Below, piece by piece: positions 28,201 to 36,417 of a stretch of 64,000 bases of DNA. Under the pieces are notes generated by a model. It was not told the origin of the DNA, searched no databases, and worked only from the letters and a program-made list of their open reading frames with translations. A program made the position numbers and the translations under genes. The stretch comes from an uncultured Propionibacteriaceae bacterium. Lineage in GTDB: Bacteria > Actinomycetota > Actinomycetes > Propionibacteriales > Propionibacteriaceae. The DNA is taken from positions 84,832-148,831 of the forward strand of contig CAMDZW010000005.1 of NCBI GenBank assembly GCA_945911015.1. Direction: 5' to 3'. Positions within the stretch are counted from its first letter, which is position 1. Each line of letters begins with the position of its first letter.

Positions 28201-29315
28201 AGCGAGAGCTCTGGTCGATCGGGCTTCCCGGCGCCACCCGCGACGAAGGCTATGTGCTGGACCTGTTCCGGGTCAGTGGCGGCAGTCGTCACGAACTCGC
28301 CTTCCACGGCGACGCCAATCATGACGCCTTCATGGCGACCCCGGCCACTCTCACCGACTACAGCGACCGACTCCTGCCGCCGGGCACCGAAGTCGTCGAA
28401 CCCACCAACGAGACCGAGTTCGGTTCGGCCGAGGGTCACTGGTTTGCCTACATGCACATCAAGGAGGTCCAGACCGCAGAGCTGACCGACGGCGCCTTCG
28501 ACGTCACCGTCTCGACCGAGCTCGACGACGGCCCGGGCGCAAGTCTGCGGCTGCAGGGCATGGCCGGCAGCGACTCCCACCTCTTCCTCGGTCGCTCGCC
28601 CTCCATGCGCTCCACCCGACTGCACGGTGACGCCCAAGACACCAACGCCGAGGCAGAGAAGTACACGATGCCCTCGCTGGTGGTGCGCCGGGACGGTACA
28701 GATCTCGACACCGCCTTCGTGACCGTGATCGAGCCCATCGCCATCGGTGCGGAGTCGGCGATCACCGGGGTGGCCCTGCTGGACCATGACGGAGGCAGCG
28801 ACGACCAAGCGATGCAGATCAGCCACGCCACCGGGGAGGTGGACATCGTGCTGTCGACCCACGACAGTGCCGCGACGATCACGGCGGCCGGTGTGACCCT
28901 GACCGGCCAACTCGGCTGGGTCCGGATCCTGGAAGACGAGGTGGTCGGTCTCCATCTGGTCTCCGGCACGTCCCTGTCAGCCCATGGTCAGCAGGTCAGT
29001 GCCGAGGGCCCGATCACCGGGACCGTACGGGGAACGCTGCGGATGATCGGTGGAGACAGTGTCGACGCCATCCTCACCGACGCCGCTGTGGCGCAGTGGG
29101 CGGTCGGTCGCACCGTGGTGGTGAGTCATCCGAGCGGCCCGTCATACACCTATCGGATCGCCGAGCTCAGCACCCACCAAGGACGCACCGCACTCGTCCT
29201 CGACGGTGTCGATCCGGGCTTCGAGGTGGTCGGCGACACCGTACGGATGGTGTACACCCCCTTCAGCGAATGGACCGGCCACAGTACGTTCCGGATCGAG
29301 AACAGCGACTCCTGA
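25228..29315 (+). pseudogene. Tat-signal CBM-like domain + heparinase II/III-like polysaccharide lyase. It appears to be one gene interrupted by a 1-nt frameshift at a poly-C run (track ORFs 25114..25950 and 26001..29315).
   Basis: GGGAGA RBS precedes ATG 25228, giving MKRRSFLVAASAATAAAGLLRPPAAAHA. The high-GC3 coding signal leaves this frame at about 25860. It continues in the -1 frame (cga acc tcc agc aac tgg tac acc ggt ggc...) for ~140 nt, and that frame has no ATG/GTG/TTG before 26001. Adding one C to the C5 run at 25852-25856 fuses the two frames (..SVAPPVRTSSNWYTGGDAAPVRTHIVDEDRAALVFL..). The downstream part carries the Hepar_II_III-type motif HAHSDALSLTLWAEGQELLPDIGYTHTRF...LAHNTVSVD. 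Confidence 0.6.
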
Positions 29316-29354
29316 GCGGCCGAAGGTCGGGGCGGCATCCTCTAGGCTGGGCCC

Positions 29355-30182
29355 GTGCCTGTCAGAGCAATCGCCGATGCCGGATGGCGTCCCGACCCGG
29401 CTGGCGCCGATGACGTGTGGCGCTGGTGGACCGGCACGGCCTGGACAGCGTGGTTGTCCGACGATCCGGACGCCCCGCCCCCGCCCCAGGCTGAGGCTGG
29501 TGCCGATCCCCGGGCGGGCACCGAGATTGCGCCCGTACCCGGTCCTCGCTTCGGCGCTGCCGCCCGTACGGTGATGGGCCTCGTCACGTTGGTGGTCGTC
29601 ATTGCCGGACTGGTGATCATCGGCGCCCCGTACGGGCAGCGGGTCGCGCTGACGGCATCGGTCCCGTCGCAGAGCTATGTCCCGCCGGACCTGAGCGTGC
29701 GCTGTGACCGTGACCGGTGGACCGTCGGCGGCGCGGTCTCGGTCGAAGTGCCCGATGACATGGTCACCTTCGGGCCCGATGTCAGCGAGACCATCGGCCT
29801 GCTGCGCTGCCGTGGGGTGTTCTCCGATCCCGGCCGGGACGGGATGGCCCTGTTCGGGTTGGCCGATCCCCTGCATCCCGGTGAAACCCTCGAGCAGCGG
29901 GCGAACGACCTCGCCGACCGGTTGGCCGAAACCAGCTATGTGAAGGGTCCGGCGACCTGGACGAACCGCGTCGGCCAGGCATCGCCGGTGGGGCAGGACA
30001 CCTGGCAGATCACCGGTGACCTCACCGGCCTTCCCGATGCGGTCGGAGCCAAGGCCACGATCATCCTGATTCCCTTGCCCAGTGGACATCTGGTCATGTG
30101 GTTCGACCTGCTCGGAGCGAGCCTCACCGATGAATACCTCGCTGGATACGAGGCGCTGCGTAGCTCACTGACCCGGAGCTGA
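29355..30182 (+). CDS. DUF2510-like membrane protein (hypothetical)
   Basis: The N-terminus reads GWRPDPAGADDVWRWWTGTAWTAW, matching the GWYPDP...RYWDG..WT pattern of DUF2510. A Pro-rich linker, one TM helix (VMGLVTLVVVIAGLVIIGA) and a ~170-aa C-terminal domain follow. Its 3' end overlaps convergent larC by 18 nt. Confidence 0.6.
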   Translation: MPVRAIADAGWRPDPAGADDVWRWWTGTAWTAWLSDDPDAPPPPQAEAGADPRAGTEIAPVPGPRFGAAARTVMGLVTLVVVIAGLVIIGAPYGQRVALTASVPSQSYVPPDLSVRCDRDRWTVGGAVSVEVPDDMVTFGPDVSETIGLLRCRGVFSDPGRDGMALFGLADPLHPGETLEQRANDLADRLAETSYVKGPATWTNRVGQASPVGQDTWQITGDLTGLPDAVGAKATIILIPLPSGHLVMWFDLLGASLTDEYLAGYEALRSSLTRS

Positions 30183-31505
30183 CTCCCACAGGTCCGACGC
30201 CGCAGCAGTCGCCCTGGCCATCGCCACCTTGACCGGGATCCCACGCTCAGCGGCCAGCGCCGCCACATCCTCGAACTCTGGCTGGGCATTGACGACCCGA
30301 CCCGCGACCAGGCCAAGCTTCACCCGTACCGGATGGGCGTCAACGGTGACCGTCTCGACGCGGCGATCCAGCACATGTTTGGTGACGGCAACTTCGCGGA
30401 TGCCCAGGGTCGAGGTATGGCGGGCGATCACCGCGAGCAGGGCGTCGCGGTCACCGAGGGTGCCGAGCACACGCAGCTCATGGGCCGGTCGACCCTTCTT
30501 CATGATGATCGGCACCAGCCAGGCATCGGCGGCGCCGGCCTCCAGGAGCGCACCGAGGACCGTGGGCCAGATGCGTGGGTCGAGATCATCGACATTGCAC
30601 TCCCACACGAGTGCTTCCTCGGTCGGGATGGTGGCCCTGGCCACGGAACCGACGAGAATTCTGACCACATTGGCCAAACGATGCGGATCGCGCGTGCCGG
30701 CCCCGACGCCGACCCGGTCGATCGTCATCACCGGAGCCGGGCCGTACGAGGTGACGTATTCGGCCAGCAGCGCCGCGCCGGTCGGTGTGGTCATCTCCAT
30801 GGTGACCGGGCCCCCGACGATCGGCATCCGCGCAGCCCGGGCAAGGTGGGTGACGGCCGGCCCCGGGATCGGGATCCGCCCGTGCTGGCCCAGCGTCTGC
30901 TCACCGGAGCCAACCGTCACCACCGAGGCGGAGAGGCTGGTCAACCCGAGATTGTCCAACGCCGCCACGCATCCGACCACATCGCCGATCGCATCGAGAG
31001 CGCCAACCTCGTGGAAGTGGACCTCGTCAGGGGTGGTGCCGTGGACCGCTGCCTCGGCCTCGGCCAACCGAGAGAAGGCGCCGATACTGCGACGGGTCAC
31101 GATCTCGGGCAGGCCAGCTTCGGTGATCAGGCGCCGAACCTCGGCCCACGGACGCCCGTGCGCCCCAACCTGCTCATGAGGACGCACATGCTCATGGGGG
31201 TGCGCGTGATCGTGGGGGTGCGCGTGATCGCGGGGATGGTCGTGGGCGTGGCTGTGCGGTTGGTGGTGCCCGATGTTCGCCGGCTCGGTGGCGTCAGCTG
31301 CCATGCCTGTGCTGGTGTCGATCACGGTCGCCTTGGTAGCGGTGATGCCGTGCCGGGCGGTGGTCTCGACTGTGACATCGAGCACCGGGTCGACCTGCTG
31401 CACAGCAGCCCGCACGATCTCGAGATCTGCGCCGGCATCGAGCAGGGCGCCGAGCAGCATGTCGCCGGCGACCCCGGCGCTGCAGTCCAACCAGGCAACA
31501 GACAT
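30165..31505 (-). CDS. larC: LarC-type nickel insertion protein (nickel-pincer nucleotide cofactor cyclometallase, DUF111 family)
   Basis: The N-terminus is MSVAWLDCSAGVAGDMLLGALLDAGADL. A His-rich stretch follows (HHQPHSHAHDHPRDHAHPHDHAHPHEHVRPHE). The protein is 446 aa and encoded as a single ORF. Confidence 0.85.
   Translation of the reverse strand: MSVAWLDCSAGVAGDMLLGALLDAGADLEIVRAAVQQVDPVLDVTVETTARHGITATKATVIDTSTGMAADATEPANIGHHQPHSHAHDHPRDHAHPHDHAHPHEHVRPHEQVGAHGRPWAEVRRLITEAGLPEIVTRRSIGAFSRLAEAEAAVHGTTPDEVHFHEVGALDAIGDVVGCVAALDNLGLTSLSASVVTVGSGEQTLGQHGRIPIPGPAVTHLARAARMPIVGGPVTMEMTTPTGAALLAEYVTSYGPAPVMTIDRVGVGAGTRDPHRLANVVRILVGSVARATIPTEEALVWECNVDDLDPRIWPTVLGALLEAGAADAWLVPIIMKKGRPAHELRVLGTLGDRDALLAVIARHTSTLGIREVAVTKHVLDRRVETVTVDAHPVRVKLGLVAGRVVNAQPEFEDVAALAAERGIPVKVAMARATAAASDLWESAPGQ
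31196..31231. repeat. 18-bp tandem duplication (17/18 identical) inside larC, encoding the HDHAHP repeat of the His-rich tract
   Basis: gggggtgcgcgtgatcgt (31196-31213) is directly followed by gggggtgcgcgtgatcgc (31214-31231). Confidence 0.85.
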
Positions 31506-32204
31506 TCAGTGATCCTTCTCGAGGTGGGCAGCCGCAGAGTTCCGTGCGATCCGGGCAGCATGGACGCCTGCGGTGAATCCGCCGTCGATGTTGGTGACCA
31601 CGACGCCAGGCGCACAGGAGTTCAACATGGACAGCAAAGCGGACAGGCCGCCGAAGCTCGCACCGTAGCCGACCGACGTCGGGACGGCGACCAGGGGCGT
31701 GCCGGTGAGCCCGGCCACCACCGAGGGGAGCGCCCCCTCCATGCCGGCCACCACGATCAGCACATCGGCGGCATCGAACTCGGGTTTGGCCTCCAGCAGC
31801 CGATGGATCCCGGCCACGCCGACATCGTTGATCCGCTGCACCCCGGCGCCGTAGCAGGCGACGGTGGTCGCGGCCTCTGCTGCCACCCACTGGTCGGAGG
31901 TGCCCGCCGCAATCACCGCCACTGTCCCGTACGGCTTCGGCAGGGGTCCCAGCGTTGCCGTCCGGGCCGTGGGGTCGACCACGGCCGCCGGGATCTGGTC
32001 GGCAACCAGCTGCTGTGCTTGCGGTGTCAGTCGGGTGGCCAGTACGGCGCGATTGCCGTGGGCAGCATGAAGTGTCACCAACAGGTCAACGATCTGCGCC
32101 GGGGTCTTTCCGGCGCCGAAGATGACCTCAGGATCTCCCGTACGGGCCACGCGATCGAAGTCCAGTCGTGCCCACGGATCATCGGTTGGCTGCGCATCGG
32201 ACAT
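31506..32204 (-). CDS. larB: LarB-type pyridinium-3,5-biscarboxylic acid mononucleotide synthase (PurE/AIR-carboxylase-like)
   Basis: An internal ATG at 32204 gives MSDAQPTDDPWARLDFDRVARTGDPEVIFGAGKT. The PurE-like core reads TVAVIAAGTSDQWVAAEAATTVACYGAGVQRINDVGVAGIHRLL...VVAGMEGALPSVVAG. Its stop directly abuts the larC start. Confidence 0.8.
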   Translation of the reverse strand: MSDAQPTDDPWARLDFDRVARTGDPEVIFGAGKTPAQIVDLLVTLHAAHGNRAVLATRLTPQAQQLVADQIPAAVVDPTARTATLGPLPKPYGTVAVIAAGTSDQWVAAEAATTVACYGAGVQRINDVGVAGIHRLLEAKPEFDAADVLIVVAGMEGALPSVVAGLTGTPLVAVPTSVGYGASFGGLSALLSMLNSCAPGVVVTNIDGGFTAGVHAARIARNSAAAHLEKDH

Positions 32205-32306
32205 GTGCCGAACCCTATCGCCCGGGAGTCGGTGCCGAGATGGGACCACCCCCGGGCCAACCGCCACGGGATGTGGCCGGCGGTGTGCCCGGGGGTGGGG
32301 GATGGA

Positions 32307-33944
32307 TCACTCAGCGGAAGCGGCGTACTCCTCGCGGGCCTTGTCGCCCACCTTGCTGCGCCAGTCGCTGACCTGACGGTCCCAGTCCTCCATCGTCTTG
32401 CGGCCCTGGATGATCTCGCGGATGGTGTCGCGGACGCGGACATCCTCAATGGCACCCTTGGTCGAGTCGGTCTCGGAGTACAGACCGGAAGCCGCGTCGG
32501 CCTCGCCGGTCGGCAACACCTCAGCCAGGTAGTCCTGCTGGGCCTGGACCAGATCGCGATTGTTCGGGACGAACAGCTGCGCGCTGGCCTGGGCGCCGAG
32601 GTAGCCGATGTTGAAATTCTCCTGGGTGGCCAGGTCGGTGGGCACCGGAGCGCCGTCGACGTAGTCCACGTGCTCACCCTCGATGCCGTAGTTGACCGAA
32701 CGCCATTCCTGGGTGCCGAACGGGGCTGCGATGTAGTCCATGAAGCGCAGGATCTCGCGGACCCTGTCGGGGGAGGACTGCTTGCGGATGGCGGTGTAGA
32801 AGGTGTAGCCGCCCTGGGCGAGACGCTTGATCGCCGCGCCGCCGCCCTCCCACTTCGGGACGGTGATCCCGGTGACCTCCCACTCGGGGAAGCCACGGGC
32901 ATGGGTGCCCCAGCCGGCGACTCCGTCGATGTAGAGGGTCGTGGTGTCGCCGGACCACCACACGTAGTTGTTGCCGGGCTCGGTGACCGAGTTGGGGTGC
33001 AGGAATCCCTTCTCCCAGATGGCGGTGGCGCTCTCGATCGCGGCCTTCAGCTCGTCGGTCTCGACCTCGTTGATCCAGTTGCCCGACGAGTCGATCCGCC
33101 ACCCGTTGGGGGTGCCGTGCATCTCCTTGAGCAGATCGATCAGCCAGATGCCGGGATCGGAGCCCAGGGCGAAGTAGTTGTTGGGTCGATCGGTGAGTTC
33201 CTCCAACAGGGCAACGAAGTCTTCGCCGTCGTTGAGGACCGGTGTCTCGTTGATGCCGTGACGCTTGAGGAGATCGCCGCGGGCCAACATGACCTTGCCC
33301 TCACGCGATGGCCGGGGCCGAGCCACACCCCACAGGCCGCCGTTGACGATCGACGACTCCCACACGTCAGGACGGAAGCTGGCCAGACCGGGGTAGTCGG
33401 CGACCTTGTCGCCACCGATGAACTCGCTCAGCTCGGTGAAGTTGGCCTCCAGGACCTCCGGCAGCCGGGGGACGTTGTCGATCTGGATCAGGTCGGGGAT
33501 GTCGTTGGAGGCCATCACCACCTGGAACTTGTTGCGGTACTCGGCCAACGGTGCCCACTGCACGTTGAACTCGACCCCGCCCTCTTCGACCATCCGCTGG
33601 TAGCGGGTGTTGCTGGCGAACGCGACCGCCGGCGGCGCACCCTGCAGCATCATGGTCAGCGGCTCGATCTTCGGCAACGGGACATTGCCCACCGTCGGTG
33701 CCGGCTCGGGCAACTCGATGTAGCCCGGCGGGACACCGCCGTCCTTGGCCGGGAACTCCGGGGTCACGCCCTCGAACGGGATGTGGTCCGGCAGAGTCAA
33801 CTCCTTGGCGGCTGACCCGCCACTGGACTCACCGCCGCCGGGCTCCGCCTCACTCCGGCACCCCACCACCGCGCCTGCAGCTGCCAAACCTGAGCCGGCC
33901 ATCACGGCACGGCGACTGAATTTCTTGGAACCCATTGCGGGCAT
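32307..33944 (-). CDS. Extracellular solute-binding lipoprotein, Tat signal, copy 3 of 3
   Basis: AGGAGGAGGA RBS lies 6 nt upstream of ATG 33944. The signal reads MPAMGSKKFSRRAVMAGSGLAAAGAVVGC. It is paralogous to SBP-1 and SBP-2. Confidence 0.85.
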   Translation of the reverse strand: MPAMGSKKFSRRAVMAGSGLAAAGAVVGCRSEAEPGGGESSGGSAAKELTLPDHIPFEGVTPEFPAKDGGVPPGYIELPEPAPTVGNVPLPKIEPLTMMLQGAPPAVAFASNTRYQRMVEEGGVEFNVQWAPLAEYRNKFQVVMASNDIPDLIQIDNVPRLPEVLEANFTELSEFIGGDKVADYPGLASFRPDVWESSIVNGGLWGVARPRPSREGKVMLARGDLLKRHGINETPVLNDGEDFVALLEELTDRPNNYFALGSDPGIWLIDLLKEMHGTPNGWRIDSSGNWINEVETDELKAAIESATAIWEKGFLHPNSVTEPGNNYVWWSGDTTTLYIDGVAGWGTHARGFPEWEVTGITVPKWEGGGAAIKRLAQGGYTFYTAIRKQSSPDRVREILRFMDYIAAPFGTQEWRSVNYGIEGEHVDYVDGAPVPTDLATQENFNIGYLGAQASAQLFVPNNRDLVQAQQDYLAEVLPTGEADAASGLYSETDSTKGAIEDVRVRDTIREIIQGRKTMEDWDRQVSDWRSKVGDKAREEYAASAE

Positions 33945-33973
33945 CGTCGCTCCTCCTCCTTGCCGCCTCGTCC

Positions 33974-34022
33974 TCCGAAGCGCTTCGGAAGTCAAGATAG
34001 CATCTTCCCAAAGCGCTTCGGA
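33974..34022. promoter_or_regulatory. Two LacI-type palindromic operator candidates in the divergent SBP-3 / beta-propeller promoter region
   Basis: TCCGAAGCGCTTCGGA (33974-33989) is a perfect 16-bp palindrome. CCCAAAGCGCTTCGGA (34007-34022) matches 6 of 8 positions per arm. Their centres are 33 bp apart. The AAGCGCTT core resembles LacI/CcpA-family operators. Confidence 0.55.
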
Positions 34023-34065
34023 AGGGCCTACGGTGGACATCCAACCGATCAAAGGAGAGGTCCCC

Positions 34066-36366
34066 GTGCCCACCCGTCGTCACGCACTCGCTCTCGGCGC
34101 CATCGGAGGCGCCGCACTGTCCCTCGGCGGACATTCCATCACCGCCCACGCCCGGATCCCCGCAGCTGCCCCTGCTCTGCCCGGCGCCGAGATCACCGAC
34201 CTCGGCTCGCCGATGAGTTCACTGACCGTCGTCGAAGGGGCCTTCGGCACTTTGGCTGACGGCCGACTCGTCGCCTATGGCCCCGCTCAGGGCGAGAACT
34301 CTGCACTCACCATCAGCACGGTCACCGACCCCGCCGAGGCGCTCGGTGCCCCCAACATGACGGGCGCCGGTGGCGGACCGACCATTGCCGTCGCGCCAGA
34401 CCAGACGGTCTACGTCGGCACCTACAACAACGGCGACCTCTATCGCTGGCACCCCGACAGCGAAACCATGGAGAACGTCGGCTCCCCGACGTCGGCTGCG
34501 CAGTTCCTGTACGGGCTGAGTTCGGCTCCCGACGGTACGATCTACGGTGGCACCTATCCCGACGCGCACATCTGGTCGTACCACCCCGATGACGGCTTCA
34601 GCGATCTCGGTCGCATCACCGACGACACTGCGATCCAGTACGCCCGGGCGACTGCGTACGATCCGGACCACCATGCTCTGTGGGTCGGCACCCAGGCGAG
34701 CCCGCAGTTGTATCGCAAGGATCTCACCACCGGTGCCCTCACCCAGGTCGCTCCGGCTGTGCCGTTCACCGGGTCCTCGATCAGTGACCTTGACTTCGCC
34801 GAGGGGCATGTCTTCGTCACCAACAACCTCCATCTGAGGGTCTTCGACGCAGCGACCGCCGCCGAGGTCGACATTCTCGACGGAGTCACCGGCGAGGTCA
34901 CCCGCACCTACCAGCAGATGGGTCGCGGTGTGTCCGAGGCCCGGGACGGCAAGGTCTGGTTCGGGTCGGTGGCCGACACGGTTCGGGTGCTGGCGTACTA
35001 CGACATTGCGTCGCGGACCGCTGTTGCCACCGAGCACACCACCGGCAACCTCCCGTTGATCGGCTACGGCTGGACCGTCGAGGACGATGGTGACGTGCTG
35101 TACGCCTTCAGCGGCAACTACACGGCCGGCGCCTTCCGCTTCGATCTGCAGGCTGACACCTCCAGCAACTACACCTTCGAGCTGGCGCCATCACCGAGCC
35201 CGCTCGGCAATGTGACCGTTGCTCCGGACGGCGGGACCGTCGTGATCAACGCATTCCTCAACGGCAACGGGGTCAAGCGAGACGTCGCCTCCGGTGAGAT
35301 CAGCCCGATCGTGCGGCTCGGTCAGGTCGAGGGCTGGGGCTGGGGCGGGGACAACACCCTGTACGCCGGCACCTACCCGTCCGGCTCGATCAAGGAGTAC
35401 CGCCCCTTCGAGGAGGGATCAGCCACCAACCCGCGCACCCTCGCCGAGCTCAGCACCCTGGCCGATCAGATCCGGCCCGACTCGGTTGTGGTTCACGAGG
35501 GCCGGGTCTGGGCGACGTCCCAACCCGACTACGGCATGCGTGGGGGAGCGGTCACCGCGATCAACCTGGCCGACGGAGAGGTCACGCTGACTCGACCGGT
35601 CGTCGAGGACCACTCGATGTGTTCGTTGGCCTTCGCCGGGGACCGAGTCTTTGCCGGGTCGAGCCGCTCTGGCGGCACCGGCACCTCCCCGGTCTCCGGC
35701 TCGGCCGAGCTTGTCGAGCTCGATCCGGAGAACCACGCGATCGTGCAGCGGCTCGTGCCGGTCGAGGATGCCCGCAGCATCACCGGACTCCTGGTCCACG
35801 ACGGCCGGCTCATCGGGCTGGCTGACACCACCGTCTTCGAGGTCGACCTGGCCAGCTTTGACCTCGGCCGGACACTGGCGCTGCCCGGGATCTCCGGCGA
35901 GACCGGGCCGGGCTCGGGCGACATCATGCTTCACCCGAATGGTCACCTCTACGCCGTCGCACAGAGCGGTCTGTTCGTGGTCGATCCGCTGTCCTTCACC
36001 CGCGCCGAACGGCTCGGCGACGGCCTGCGGGTCAGGCGGGCAGCGCTGTCGGCCGACGGTTCGCTGTGGGTCCTGGTCTACGAGGACGGATTCTCCAACC
36101 CGCTCAACCATGCACAGGTGGTCCCGACGACGCTCGAACGGGTCGACGGCCACTGGCTCGTACACGTACGGGACCAGGCCACGACCGTGCCCAACCGATT
36201 CGTCGGGCCTGACAGGACCTTGGCTGATGTCGTCGGGACTGCATACCCAGCAGGGAAACCGAATCTGCCGTCCGGCGAACAGGAGCTGGCACAGCTGGTC
36301 GCCGACGGCATGATCACCACCGACGAACGGATCACGATCAGCCGTACAGGCCGCGCCACCCGCTGA
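34066..36366 (+). CDS. Tat-signal secreted beta-propeller repeat protein (~766 aa)
   Basis: AAGGAGAGG RBS precedes GTG 34066, giving VPTRRHALALGAIGGAALSLGGHSITAHA. Blade-like motifs recur: YVGTYNNGDLYRWHPD, IYGGTYPDAHIWSYHPD, LWVGTQASPQLYRKD and LYAGTYPSGSIKEYRP. The upstream part of track ORF 33745.. is antisense to SBP-3. Confidence 0.7.
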   Translation: MPTRRHALALGAIGGAALSLGGHSITAHARIPAAAPALPGAEITDLGSPMSSLTVVEGAFGTLADGRLVAYGPAQGENSALTISTVTDPAEALGAPNMTGAGGGPTIAVAPDQTVYVGTYNNGDLYRWHPDSETMENVGSPTSAAQFLYGLSSAPDGTIYGGTYPDAHIWSYHPDDGFSDLGRITDDTAIQYARATAYDPDHHALWVGTQASPQLYRKDLTTGALTQVAPAVPFTGSSISDLDFAEGHVFVTNNLHLRVFDAATAAEVDILDGVTGEVTRTYQQMGRGVSEARDGKVWFGSVADTVRVLAYYDIASRTAVATEHTTGNLPLIGYGWTVEDDGDVLYAFSGNYTAGAFRFDLQADTSSNYTFELAPSPSPLGNVTVAPDGGTVVINAFLNGNGVKRDVASGEISPIVRLGQVEGWGWGGDNTLYAGTYPSGSIKEYRPFEEGSATNPRTLAELSTLADQIRPDSVVVHEGRVWATSQPDYGMRGGAVTAINLADGEVTLTRPVVEDHSMCSLAFAGDRVFAGSSRSGGTGTSPVSGSAELVELDPENHAIVQRLVPVEDARSITGLLVHDGRLIGLADTTVFEVDLASFDLGRTLALPGISGETGPGSGDIMLHPNGHLYAVAQSGLFVVDPLSFTRAERLGDGLRVRRAALSADGSLWVLVYEDGFSNPLNHAQVVPTTLERVDGHWLVHVRDQATTVPNRFVGPDRTLADVVGTAYPAGKPNLPSGEQELAQLVADGMITTDERITISRTGRATR

Positions 36367-36371
36367 GCGGA

Positions 36372-36409
36372 GCCCCTCCTGACGGCGGTGATGCGCCATC
36401 AGGAGGGGC
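36372..36409. terminator. Bidirectional GC-rich hairpin between the convergent beta-propeller gene and the giant lyase gene
   Basis: GCCCCTCCTGA (36372-36382) and TCAGGAGGGGC (36399-36409) form a perfect 11-bp stem with a 16-nt loop. The hairpin lies between the stops at 36366 and 36418. Confidence 0.6.
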
Positions 36410-36417
36410 CACTCGGG

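Noticed and set aside
30333-33815. 1160-aa ORF on the + strand
   Set aside because: It is antisense to larC, larB and SBP-3, all of which have strong family motifs. Its translation is Gly/Arg/Asp/His-rich with no recognisable domains. It is a high-GC shadow ORF.
33745-34065. Upstream 107 codons of the beta-propeller ORF
   Set aside because: This stretch overlaps the 5' end of SBP-3 on the other strand. GTG 34066 has an AAGGAGAGG RBS and yields a clean twin-arginine signal peptide.
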